From positions 158,367-222,366 of the forward strand of contig MU619239.1 of assembly GCA_025201805.1 (NCBI GenBank): a stretch of DNA of 64,000 nt. The letters are read 5' to 3'. Source of the DNA: Parasitella parasitica NRRL 2501 (Eukaryota; Fungi; Mucoromycota). The notes below the pieces were generated by a model. It had not been told where the DNA came from and made no database searches. It was given only the letters and a program-made list of their open reading frames with translations. Below, piece after piece: positions 1 to 14,563 of this stretch (its first letter is position 1; every line of letters begins with the position of its first letter). The position numbers were made by a program, and so were the translations under genes.

Positions 1-61
1 AAAAAAAAAAAAAAAAAAAAAAAAGAAAAGAAAAGATGAAAAAATCAAGGAGAAATCGTAC

Positions 62-1644
62 CTGCTGGATGTCATGAATAGGATTCGAGCTTCTTGTAAA
101 GCAGTGGCAATGAATCATTGGGAGTTTATCCGTCGCAAGGTTCCGCCCTTTGTAGATACCTTTGAAAGCATCTAAAGTAGCATGCGACATGAATTTTTTT
201 TTTTAAAAAAAAAAGGCATAATATGTTGATACCATCTAAAGATAAATACCTAAAAACTCGATTGCAGTTGCAGGTAAATTCATGATAAAATGATCAAATA
301 CATGGCCATTATTTGTTTCTAATGATAAATCATGCACTGCCTTTTTTATAAATGCACGTCCATCCAAATTGTACGTCTTGATATTTTGTTTGATCTACGA
401 TATGGATACTTGTGGCTCAATAACTCGAAGCGGCTGCTACTATCCAATATATGTACCTTGTTGAGTTGAATATTTCCACAAAGCGATTCGTAAGAAGCAG
501 GATTCAGGTCATTTGCATAAACAATGGCACCCTTTTTGACCGCAGGAATCGAGAATGGCCCTACGCCTGCCATTACATCACCTATCAATGCCGTGCATTC
601 AGTAAAATTGCAGGTTTGATTCAAGATGTGTATGCGCCCTTACAAATGTAATCACCCTTTTTGAAAATGTCAATCAGTCTACGGTGTTCTGCTTGCAACC
701 TTGAATTCCAGTACACTTTGGAAAAGTCGAATTGGAACTTGCAATCATTTTCTTTCTATAACATGTGAAACTTAATTGTCAATATCAGGCAGGATACACA
801 TTCTGAGCAAGAATATTTTTTTGATCTTTATACCAGTTCTGTGACCATATTGTCATCTCCTGCCAAGACTTCCATTTGAAAGTTTCTAAAAGTATTATCA
901 ATTTGATTTGTCTTGTTTACAACACTTTTAATTTTTTTGTTTTTCTGTATAATGATAATAGGGTAAGTTTAAAATACTACGTTCTACAATAGCGCACTTA
1001 CATCTAAAATCACTTGCGCGATAAAACTTTTAAAAGGCATGTTTTCCTGCTTTAAATTAACATGAGCTTAAAGTGGACATTAGCATACAGAATGCAGCAC
1101 TGACAGTATTATTCTGCATAAATACCAATGTGGCCTATGGTTGCAAATGAGGAAGGAGTTTCTGCATCTCCTTCTGGCATCACAGAATATAAAATCTGCT
1201 CAGTCGTCCAGTAGTCATAATCCACTTGAAACTCATAATTAAGAACATCACAAGTTTTGATAAGCTCAAGTTTATCTTGCGAAAATGACTTATTGACATC
1301 TGAATACAGCGTTAATATGCTATGTCATGATAAATGGCCAATATAAACCTTTGATATCTAATCTTAACAAGATCAGCTTGGTGTCTTTTTGTGTACCATC
1401 GGATACCACGCTGCGGATACGAGGCTGATTTAATAGTTCGCTATAGTATAGAGTTTTAAACACTGTGAATTATTACTATTTCTTAACAGAAAAAAAAAAT
1501 TTACTCTTCTAGCTGGGTCATCAATGGCTTTACCAGTTGGTTAGGTGCTCGAATAGCTAATGTAGTAAAGGTTTTTTTGAATGCATCCTTGTTCAGGACT
1601 CGCATGCCTCGGTTCTGAGGTGGGGTTAGGCTCGTATCATGCAT
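62..1644 (-). CDS. TRM5: tRNA (guanine-N1)-methyltransferase Trm5, multi-exon, 3' end runs off the window
   Basis: Spliced exons give [22 protein letters not shown]..., [23 protein letters not shown] (SAM-binding), VYANDLNP and [16 protein letters not shown]. The last visible exon ends at 62 at a GT donor. Confidence 0.92.
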
Positions 1645-2585
1645 TTTTGCGATGGAGAAAGGCAAATCTTCATGAATCGACAACCGTGACCCTCTTCTCT
1701 TTTTGAAGTGGTGGCTGATCTGTTTGCTGCAGGTACGGATAATTAACCAATAGGATGTTAACTATGCCGGAAATGTCGTTGCACACTGATTGTGGATAAA
1801 AATGCACAAGTTGGTTAACCAGACGGTGTATTATCCTACGTTTGTACCGACTATAAAACTCGACAGTTTGCTAGGCTGGATGTACAATAACTAAATCAGT
1901 TCAATTTATCTTGATCAAAAGGAAATATATACACAACATAGTACTACTAGTGACACAAATTTCACTTTCCAAATTTTCGCACGCAACCTTTACTATGGCA
2001 TAAGCAAAAATAGATCTGGTTCCAATATTATAGTTTTGCTCTTGGGACATGCCACCCCAGAAGGCTTCATGTATTTTGCAAAATTCAATTCATTCATTAT
2101 TTTCAGTCATAATTTAAATACAGAGTAAAGCGACTTTTTTCCTCTACATACCTCATTCGGCAGACGCAAACAAATGTGTGAAAAATACACGATGAGAGTT
2201 GAAGCAATTTTAAGAGCTTGGATAAAATCTGGGGTAAAATTCTTGAGCATATGAATGCCACTTTCAAAGTGATACAGTGACTAGTGCTGATTAAGCCTTT
2301 GCTTGCTGCTCTGATTGGAGATGCTGGCCGTCATGTATATTTGATCCATTGCTACAATCGAGTATAATTGAATGTTGATTGGCCTTGGGGCCCAACCTAT
2401 TTAATAAGCCGCGTGATTCTATGCTTCCCCATTTACACAAAAAGAGTAAGGTTGTAAGCGAATGGCCTATAAATTTGAAAAGCTTCCCACTTGCAATTCG
2501 GGTTTTTTTCTTCTTTTTTCTTCTTCTTTCTTCTTGCTTAACAAACACTTCTTTGCCCTTTCTCCCCCCTTCTCTTCTACTTAAC

Positions 2586-4483
<1,898 letters not shown>

Positions 4484-4934
4484 GTATCTTTTTTGTCAAC
4501 TTTATTATTTATTTCTAAAGATTCTACCTCTTTAAAAAAAAATTGCTTGATTTTTACAATTAATAAAAAAAAAAGCATTTGTTCAAATGTACAATAATTC
4601 ATAAAGCTACTTTTTGTTTTTTTTTTCTTCATTATACTGATATATAGTACACAATCTCAGTAAGCAAAAAAGAATATTGGTAAATGAAACGTGGTAAAAT
4701 GAGAAATGTATATACGGGATTTGATAAGCTGTTGCGTGTGCAATTGGATTGATGAGTGTTTATATAAAAGAGTAGAGCCATAGCACCAATTTAAAGTATT
4801 AAAAGCATACATAGTCTTTGCTTGAATGCTCATAGTATCTGCTTTGGCAATCTTTTTGGCAAGTGTACATGTAAATCTTTGGTTGCCCAACAACAATTTT
4901 AAAAGGCAATGCAATTGTAACATGCCAAATTTTA

Positions 4935-6102
4935 TTAAAGTTTGCTATTCTTTTCATCGTAGAAAGGGTAATCTGTATACCCAATAGCATCGTGAGTGTA
5001 AAAGGTCTTTCTATTATAATTGTTGAGATTATACTCATTCTTAATCCTCTCTGGGAGATCAGGGTTTGCGATAAATGCACGACCAAAAGCGATCAGATTA
5101 CCGGTTTTTTCAGCAAGCTCAACAGAATGTTTGATTGCAGTAGAGAAACCACCTGCTGTGATAAATGGCCCCTCCCAGAGCTGACGATAATGGTCAAGTG
5201 TATCCACCGTGTTCACTTTGCCGTCAACAGCAAAGTCAGAGCGTGCTTCAATAAAATGGAGATAGGCCAGGCTGGGATGATTCTTTTGAAGTTGCGTGGT
5301 CAAATAGCCCCAGGTTTTAACAGGATCCTCATCTTTCATGCCCTGAACAGATCCGTTGGGAGAGAATCGAATTGCAGTACGATCGGCGCCAATGGCAGCA
5401 ACAATACTATCAACAATCTCCAATGTCAGACGGCCACGGTTTTCAGTTGACCCTCCGTATTCATCAGTTCTCTTATTTGTACTAGAGTTGACGAATTGGT
5501 CCAACAGGTAGCCGTTGGCGTTATGGATTTCGATGCCATCGAACCCAGCCTCGATAGCATTGAGGGCGGCTTGACGATACGTTTGAACCAGCTCTTTTAC
5601 CTCCAGGGTCTCAAGAGGGCGGGGTGTTTCATATGGTTTTCCATTGGGCTTTGTTCCTGGAATAGGTATAGCAGATGCAGAGACGATGGACTCCCTGTTA
5701 GGGTTCAAATTAGACGAACCGGCTCTGCCTAGATGCCATAATTGCAAAAAGATAACTGCTCCCTTTTCGTGAACAGCAGTTGTTACCTTCTTCCAGGCAT
5801 CTATTTGCTCTTGGTTGTAGATGCCCGGTGCTTGACGATAACCACCAGCAAGTCTGCTAATGAATGTTGCTTCCGTAATCAATAATCCTCCAGGGGTAGC
5901 TCTTTGCGAATAGTAATCAACCAGTAAATCAGTCGGCACTGCTTGTTCTAAAGTAGCTCGAAACCTTTTATCAGAAGAGTTAGATAGGTCATCATGGATA
6001 CTGATTGAAAACATGTACAATATACCTCGTCAAAGGCGCCAAAACAATACGGTGCTGGAGCTGATGTCGACCAATTTTGATGGGTTCAAAGGCTTTTGTC
6101 AT
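4935..6102 (-). CDS. Old Yellow Enzyme (NADPH:flavin oxidoreductase), 2 exons, C-terminal PTS1 SKL
   Basis: Exon 1 (6102-6026) MTKAFEPIKIGRHQLQHRIVLAPLTR splices to exon 2 (5964-4935). It contains YYSQRA, QLWHLGR, the active-site HNANGYL and FGRAFIANPDL, and ends in SKL. Confidence 0.95.
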
Positions 6103-6627
6103 TTGATTTGTATGTGTCAGTGATGGAAAAAAAGAAAAAAAAAAAAAAGAAGAGAAACACAAAGAGGTACGTAAAACTTTGATCTTGAAAAAGCATAATT
6201 CTTAATTGCGCTTACTAACGACGAATTGTTCAGACCATAGGTGTGGGGGCTTGAAAATGTTTATTGTAAGATTCGTTTCAAATTGTGCGCAGATCCCAAA
6301 AATGCAATGAACAAGCAAATATACAACGTAATAGTGTTTGTAAAGATAGCCATACCTTATCATATACAGACTGCTGTTAGTTTCTCAAATGGGCCTTAAT
6401 AGATTATACTAAGCTCTTTGTCCGGTTTTGCAAATCTGAATTTCGAAATAAATCATCAGTTTTGATTTGAGGATCAAACAAGCTCGATTTCCATTTCAAT
6501 TGATTAGTTGATGTGCAATTATCAAATGGATATGATGAAAAAAAAATTTTTTTTTTATCGATGCATTTTGACAAGCTTAAAGGAAATGAAGAGTGGATTG
6601 TTTGGAATCTTTAACACACACGAACTC

Positions 6628-9277
6628 AGCTACAAAATAGCTATTGATTGGTTTCTGCTTTGCCTCGAATAGCGAGAAAATTGGGAATCACATCATTTTC
6701 ATTGCACCCTTTTGGATGACCTGATTTGGCCCTGTAATCTTAGGCTGTTTGATTTTTGGCAGATGTAATAAAGCTAAAGTTGTGAAAAAAAATAATAATA
6801 TTGATGTGTAGGTATTGATGCCATGAATTGGATGATTTATCTTGAAGTTTTGGATCTGCTCAAAATTTAAAGTGATTTAGCTGAAAAACCATCAAAAAAT
6901 CTGTAAACAAAGTTTGTTGCAAATTTATAGTGTGAAGAAGTCATTTTTTGGAATTATAACCTACATGGTTCAATGCAGAGTTTACAATTCATCATAAATT
7001 ATTTAGCACGCATATCCTATATTCCTATTACTTTCCCATGACATTTGGCAAAAAAGCATTTTAGGATCAAATGGAAACATACTGCTGAGATTGAATCTGC
7101 TGCCTCTTCATAATCACTGTAAATGAGTGTACCACCTATTTTCAATTGAGGAGCAAAAGCATGATCCTAATAGTAATTTGGGTATATCTTTATATGAATC
7201 TATAGCTGAGACACAGCATAATATGGTCACAACAAATTATTTTTAAATATCTTTATTTTTGGGTGAAATAAATACTATCAAATCTAAAACATACTTCTTC
7301 TCCCTGCTTAAGGGTCTAATATGCAATCTCTAGTATCTTTGCAAAGTATTAAGCGATAGAGACACAAATTTCAGCCAAAATGTTGCTTTTTTGCACCATT
7401 CTACAACATGTCCAAGTCTCATGTACCTCTGACCATTTCTCAGAATTTTTCTATGTTGGGACCCCAAACCTCATATTCGATTTTCAGTTTTCAACTTTGG
7501 GTCAACCTTCAGGGTCATTTTTAGCTACGGATTTGGGGTTCAAGCCAAGTATACATCCAAGTACTGGTTTAATAACTGTACCTTACTACGTTTTCTGATT
7601 CTCGATATCTTTCTTTGCTGTCGAGATATTACCAAAATCAGATTTTGCAGATTTGGCAGATTTTTCAGCACATGCTCCTATAACAAGTACCATATTTTGC
7701 AATTAAAGCATGTTTAAGTTTTTAAGTAAAGAAATAGAGCACATTTTGGTACACCTGCTGGTATTAAAAATGTCATACCTATACTTGAATTCGGCATGCT
7801 TGACCCGATTGTGTCTTTTTACGTTAAACTTTGACTCCCTGTTTCTCCACAAACCACCAAGACACTTTGGCTTGAGTCATTATTAAAATCTGCTTGAAAC
7901 TTAATTTCCTACTAGCTGCATTAATTTTAGATAGATATGTAGAAAAAAATATTTTTCATGTTTTTAGCAGAGGCTGGATTTATTTTCATAACTTTGAAAG
8001 CAAAAACTGCTATTTAAAGTTGCTTATTATAGCAATGCATAGATGGAGCTACAAAATAGCTACAAAATGGTTTTTGTTTCATAAAAAAAGAATGATATAA
8101 TGGAGAAAAAGGGAATTAGGTTAATACCCTTTTGAAGGTTCCATTTTGTCTGCATAAACCTAAGGACGAAAAATCGTAAAATCAATTGGGTCTCGACAAG
8201 ATTTTGATTTTTGGCAGAAATAATAAAGCTACAGTGGCGAACAAAATATTGATGTGTAGCTATTAACATAATAGTTTGTTTGGTCAAGTTTATAGAGCTG
8301 GATGTGCTCAAAATATGGTTGCTTTCACTCAAAAACTATCAAAAAGGGCATTTTTTGAATATTTAAAAATTGGTAATAAGAAAATATGTTTACATAGCCT
8401 TTTTATTTACATGGTTGACTTCAGAATTTATTTATTGTTAGAAAACACTTATTTATCATATCCAATATACCTATTACTTCCTTGAGATATGTAGCAATGA
8501 ACTATGCGAAAAAAGCTCGAATCTGGTTTCGGCCAAATGGAAACGGACTGCTGAGATTGAATTTACAACCTATTTTGTTCTGTAATTTAGTGCACCGCCT
8601 ATGTTCAATTGAGAAGCAAAGCATAATTGTAATAAGTAACTTAAGTATGTCTCAATATGAATCAAAAGCTCAGAAACAGTATAATACGATCTCAAAAATA
8701 ATTTTTATTGACCTTCATTTATGATTAAAATGAATGCTACCAAATCTGAAATACTATCCTTTTTCCCGCCTAAAGGCATAATCTGCAATCTTTAATATCT
8801 TTACAAACTATTAAGCAATGGAGACGCCTTTCTTAGTCAAACTCCAACTATTTTGCTTTACTCTACAACATTTTTAAGCCTCATAAATCTTTGGCCATTT
8901 TTCAGATTTTGGTATGTTTGGATCCCAAATCTCATATTCAATTTTCAATTTTCAGTTTTCAACTTTGGGCCAGCCTTCAGGGTCATTTTTAGGTACGGAT
9001 TTGGGGTCTAAACTAAGAATACAGGCTAATACTAGTATAATAACTGTACCTCACTACTTTTGCTGGTTTTATAAAATATGATGTTCTATAAGAAGTATCA
9101 GAATTTGCAAGTAAATCGTGTGCAAGTCTCTAAGCAAACATGCAGAGCACGTTTTGGCACATCTATTTGAATAAAATATGCTTTGATATAGCCTGAATTC
9201 GACAATTTTGAGGCAATTTAGGGTTTTTACAGTAAACTTTATTGTATAATCATTAAAACACTTTGACTTGAGTAATT
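6628..9277. repeat. Diverged direct tandem duplication, unit about 1.4 kb (copy 1 ~6628-7880, copy 2 ~8047-9277), non-coding
   Basis: Collinear shared blocks at offsets of about 1.40-1.47 kb: agctacaaaatagcta, gatttttggcaga..taataaagcta, caaatggaaac..actgctgagattgaat, ttttcagttttcaactttggg..ccttcagggtcatttttag.tacggatttgggg, and acactttg.cttgagt. Confidence 0.85.
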
Positions 9278-10547
9278 TTCTTTTGTATGCTTATGGCAGA
9301 GATTTGATGTTTCTTTATGAATTATCGAGGCAATAAAGGATATTTAAAGATACACACATTTTTGAATTCTCGCCTTTTTGGTTAGCCTCTCGTATGTGTA
9401 ATAGTTTAAGCTTAAATATTTTTCCTATACCTCATAATATGCAATTCCTTTATTAGAGATCTGATTCGTATACAAAGACTTTATTGAAACGCCTTCTTTG
9501 TTTTACGCTCATTGCGCATTAATTCGCTTCGTTCAATCTGCCATCATACCTTCGTAAATTCGAAACCGCAACATCAACAGAAGCAAAATTGCATAAACCA
9601 CTTCAACCTGTCTTTATAATAAATACATACGTCGGCGCATCTCTCTTTATTTGGTAATAAAATGAATACCTGTTCACGGTGGGCTATTGCTTCTGATATG
9701 GTGACAGCGAGATAATGCTAATGATCCGCCACGCAGTAAAGACATTTTGTGAATGGCCAACCATGATGTTTGGCCAGTGATATCATTTTTATTGGTTGGT
9801 CTCGCCCAACGCTAATACAACCCTTACAACCCTTCTTTTTTTTTTTATAAGTATAGTATTAGTTGATTAGAATACGGCACTCAGTTTGGAAGCACCTTGA
9901 TTTTCTCACTGCAGTGTTACATCGAAAATCCCAGAAATCTAGGGACAGTCGTTCAATTCGTTCATCCTTTTATTTAAATAAAGCTGACATCTCCTAAAAT
10001 ATACTTGTGCCATGCACAGCTAAACTGCACAGAAAAACTCATTCAAGATAGTGTAAAGTTTGTCTAGTGTCTTTAGCAATGAATTCGAAATTGATGCACA
10101 ATGTTTTGATTGGTCTAATGGCGATGCTACTGGTTGATGTTTTGAGCTTGTGGTTTATACAAAACACATAGCACAAAGCAGTATGTATTATGCATGCAAA
10201 AGTGCATTAGCTTTAATGGAAAAAAGAAAGAAACAAAAGTAAATCTCTTTTGATCATTAGACGAGATCGTGTATTATACGGTACAGCATGCATTAAAAGC
10301 GCATTGAAGGCCCGTACCGAGAAAAATCGCAGGTGCGGTAGTTGGAAATTGATGCTTTTCATTGTAGGCTTTCGAAACCAACTGAAAAGGAAAAGCAAAA
10401 ATATCCCTCTATTTACGGGTTTGTCTTTGCAATATAATATACACTTTCTTTTTCTCTTTTTCTTTTTTCTTTTCTTCTTGTTTCAGCCGCAACACAGCAA
10501 CGGGTTAATCCACAGAAGACTTTCTGCCAATACACCACTTCTATAGA

Positions 10548-13080
10548 ATGGAGGGCGAGACATCGATACAAAAAGCAACACATTCCGCCTTCAAGCATCT
10601 TGGATTATCAGACACAGTCAAAAGTCAAAGTCAAGGGTCTTTATTCGATGGCAGCAGCAGCAGCAACAATTCACCCAGGAATGGCTTCCTCGAAGCAGAC
10701 ATGAGCGACTCTGTGTTTGACTATCCACTGCGAAAGCAATGCTCTACATCCATTCTACAGTCTTCCGGCCATTCTCTGGGAGCCTCTGCGTCGTATCCCA
10801 ACTTAATTGTGAAGGACGATCTGCGGATTCTTCATCGCACACCAACTCCTCCATTCTCTTCATCGCCACCTCCCTCCACCGCTGCTGGGCAAGATATTAC
10901 CGATAATGGATCAGAGGACAAATTTCTCACTATGGATCCCTTGGATTTAGCCAATTTTAGAAAGTGGATTGTTGGATTTTGTATTGTGAATTTTGATTTG
11001 GAGATTGGTCAAGGTATTTATAGCGAAAACCCCTTTTAATTACTTTCCAAAACTAAAAATGCTCCTTAGCTTTGGACTATGCTTATCCTCCAATGGATTT
11101 GACTATTACGGAACAAAAGAATATGTAAAGTATTTCATTATGGCGATTTGTCTGTGTTTGTTTGGAGCTAACCTGACTCCGTTCAGATGCTTTACTGCAT
11201 TTCCAGATTCAAACGTGTTTGAAGTGGGAGATCAAATATTTAATATACGTGTCAGAGCTAGCACATCTAAATTCGCCGCATCAGGTAAAAATTCCTAAAG
11301 GGAGGGGGGGGGGGGGGGGGGCCACTTCCGTTATTTTACTCATTCATAGCATAGGCCCTACTGCTGATGCTGGATTTTTGTACGGCTATGTGTTTTTTAG
11401 ACAGAAAAAAGACCCAACCATCAGACGAGGGTATTTCCAAGCAAGTGTTTTCGGCGTACAATGAAAAAAAGCGCTGTGGGTCTAACCAAACTTTTTTTCG
11501 CTTTCAACCAGAAATCATTGGTTTTACTATCGCAACACCCATTCGTCGGATTGTTCTCCAGAGTCGTTTCAATTTTAGGCCCGGCTTACTTTGACGCTGG
11601 ACAGCCAATGTTGGAAGCAGCATGCATGAATATAGCGCAGTGGTAAATTTAGACGTGGATGAGCGATGACAAAAGGGATTAAAAATGTGTTTCAGGAAAT
11701 CGCCTCATGAGGGCAAAGTCATTGATTTGCCATTTCTCGGTCGGCTATTGCAAGTGGAACTACCTACACCGTTTAAACCTCAACTATTAGAAACAACGCC
11801 TTTTGATATGAATAAATTACAACCGGATGTGCAGGTAAGTCGAGCAAAGATAGCAGGCTAGATCAATCACTGATACAACTCCAAAAAAAAAAAGATCATG
11901 GCTTCACTACCAGTTGGAGGCTTATACCATCATTTTAGAGACATCCTAAAGGATTTATGGCTGCTATGGGAACTGATGCTTTTGGCAGAGCCAATTGTCA
12001 TCATTGCGCCTGACCCAGGTGTTTGCAGCGAAGCAGTTATTTCGCTCGTTGATATTATCAATCCTGTGAGTGTAATTGCATAAAAGACGTTATGATGGTT
12101 TCATTAATATGCCTTTTTGCCCCAGATACCATACTGCGGTGACTATAGACCCTATTTTACTATTCAAGATTCTGATTTCAAAAGTTTTGTTACAAAGAAC
12201 AAGGTAAAGCGACGATTTTGTGCATTGAAATAACAACTGAATTTTTTGTATAGCCATTATCCAGTTTGGTTTTAGGTGTAACTAACCCGTTTTTCAATAC
12301 CGCTGTTCAGCATTGGCCCAACATTGTTAGAGTTGGCAAACAACAGCTAAGGTGAGAATGAATATTTTGCATCAATTGGCAACATCTAATTGAATCGTAA
12401 TTGGTAGAAAACCCGATGGTACGCTTATTCCTAGTCATATGCAACATATGCATTCTGGAAAATCCAAGCCTGGACTTGGCAATAAATCAAATGTGTTGTT
12501 CAATTTCGTACAGGTAAAAATTTGGGTTATGTAATACGTCATTTTCATTGTTTTGGCATTCTAACTTGTGATATAAGGGAGTTACATCCAAAAGGAAATC
12601 TGTTATATCCAGAGACCGAGAGCTGGTCAAGATGCTTACTGAGGCATCAGTCAGAGGATATCCGCCTGATTGGGTTTTGAATAACATTTTACGACGGCAT
12701 TTTGTGGATTTGACAGAGAAGTTCCTTGTGCCATTAAATCGATATTTTAGTACATTAATTCCAGTCAATAAGTAAGTTTTTTTTTTTTTTTTTTTTTCTT
12801 TGTCTTGCTCTCAACAAACAAACTCATCACGTTCTGTTAAAGATCCGCTAATGGAGAAGCGCTCAGATTAAGGCCATTCCAGACCGACCAGTTCATGAAG
12901 TCTTTGAAAGAACATGGACCACAGCTTCCCTTCAAATCCACTTTCAAAACTCGAACATCTACGACAGACCCCACCAAAGAACTATACTCCCAGTTTTTGA
13001 AATGCGGCAACTTTGCAACTTGGTTACAGCAACGTACTATCAGAGCCGAAGCGGAAATGAACGGAAAACAGATGCTGTAG
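10548..13080 (+). CDS. DENND6/FAM116-like DENN-domain protein (putative Rab GEF), multi-exon
   Basis: [75 protein letters not shown] and [15 protein letters not shown]. Confidence 0.88.
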
Positions 13081-13357
13081 TTTTGGGTTTCTTGTGTATT
13101 TAATTGTAATTTCCTACATTTAATGTAAATATTTGCTTTTAGTTTATTAATTCAATAAAAATTCCTCCCGCTATCTTGCACTTGGTAGAGACAAGCTTTG
13201 TCGTTTTGCGGAGGAGGCACAAAAAGAACGTGTTTGGTCCTCTGCTGGCTGCCTTTATTTGGCAGGTTTCCATCATGAATAAAAATAACTCTGCTTCCTC
13301 TCCTCTTTTTTTCCTCTTTTCTTTTTTCTTTTTGAATATCGTCTTAGTACATCCATC

Positions 13358-14563
13358 ATGCCTTCATCGTTTACTTCGAAAATCACTCGTATAAAATCTC
13401 CTTTTAGAAAGTCCTCGCCCTCTAATTCTTCGTCTGGATCATCTACACCTTCTTCGTCGTCACCGCCATTACAATCACAATCAAGAGAGCCAAATTTCTA
13501 CAATGCCCCTGAACCCACTGTTGCGACAATGCCAAGGAACTCTATGCCCCAGTCCAGCTTTGCAGAGACTCTCAAAGTGATATCAAAGGAAGCTAATCGT
13601 ACTCAATTTGACGATGTCTTTGATAGCTTCTTTTTTAACGACAAGCGATGTCAGCATCGAGCGTTATTCATGGCTGCCCGCCTCAAGCAAGCCTTGGATG
13701 GTGTGATTAACCCAGGTCGTCCTAGCTCAAATTATGGTCCATTGCGTGAACTGCCTCCAGTAACATTAACACCATCGCATTCTACACCCATAACGTCATC
13801 TACCGCTGCATCATCAAGTAATACCACTCCTACATCACCTGCGACTACCACTAATACTAAACCCATGGCATCAGTTGACAGTTTCTGGCGTACAGTAGCT
13901 CACAGATTATACACACTCAACTACATTCTTTTTGTTTTGCCTGCTGATTCACAATCCAAGGCCCAATTTCTCAATAAATTGGAGGCGGATTTATCACAGA
14001 AAAGCGATGGTCAGGAATTGGAGCGCCGCGGAGGAATGGAAGCTCACTTTGCTGTACGCTATGCACTGGAGCATAAAAGGCCTCGTCGCCGCAAGACCTT
14101 GTTGGAAGATGCATTTGCTGCAGAAAAACGCAATGGTGGCAGTGTAGCAGGTGCCATCTTACCTCCATCAACTACATCAGATGACACTCACAAAATAAAC
14201 CGCCTTGTTGAGCAAGCTAGATTAGTCATTGAACAATGTTTGGAAAGCGAAACCAAGCTGGGACATGCAGAAAAAGATGCCATGTACGTATTTCATGGCA
14301 TGCGTGCGGGTTTACATGGCGCATTCGAGTTGCACATTGAATTGGAAGAAGACAGGTCATTGCGTCATAGACTGAAAAGGACCGTGGACCATAATAGAAA
14401 AATGGCAAAACCAACTTACGAGAATCCTTTCGAAGACGAAGATTTGATAGTTACTGAAGAGGATGAGTCTTTCTTGGAGGAGGAACACAAACATTCGAGG
14501 GAAGTGGATAGTGGGTTTTATGATGGCTGGTCCAATAATAATAACGCCATGCTGCCAGCTTAA
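13358..14563 (+). CDS. Hypothetical protein, 401 aa, single exon
   Basis: Long uninterrupted ORF with coding-like GC, Ser/Pro-rich N-terminus, helical-looking core and acidic tail. No family recognised. Confidence 0.75.
   Translation: MPSSFTSKITRIKSPFRKSSPSNSSSGSSTPSSSSPPLQSQSREPNFYNAPEPTVATMPRNSMPQSSFAETLKVISKEANRTQFDDVFDSFFFNDKRCQHRALFMAARLKQALDGVINPGRPSSNYGPLRELPPVTLTPSHSTPITSSTAASSSNTTPTSPATTTNTKPMASVDSFWRTVAHRLYTLNYILFVLPADSQSKAQFLNKLEADLSQKSDGQELERRGGMEAHFAVRYALEHKRPRRRKTLLEDAFAAEKRNGGSVAGAILPPSTTSDDTHKINRLVEQARLVIEQCLESETKLGHAEKDAMYVFHGMRAGLHGAFELHIELEEDRSLRHRLKRTVDHNRKMAKPTYENPFEDEDLIVTEEDESFLEEEHKHSREVDSGFYDGWSNNNNAMLPA

Noticed and set aside
7380-8724. Small ORFs within the tandem duplication
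   Set aside because: Frames are not preserved between the two copies and the composition is non-coding.
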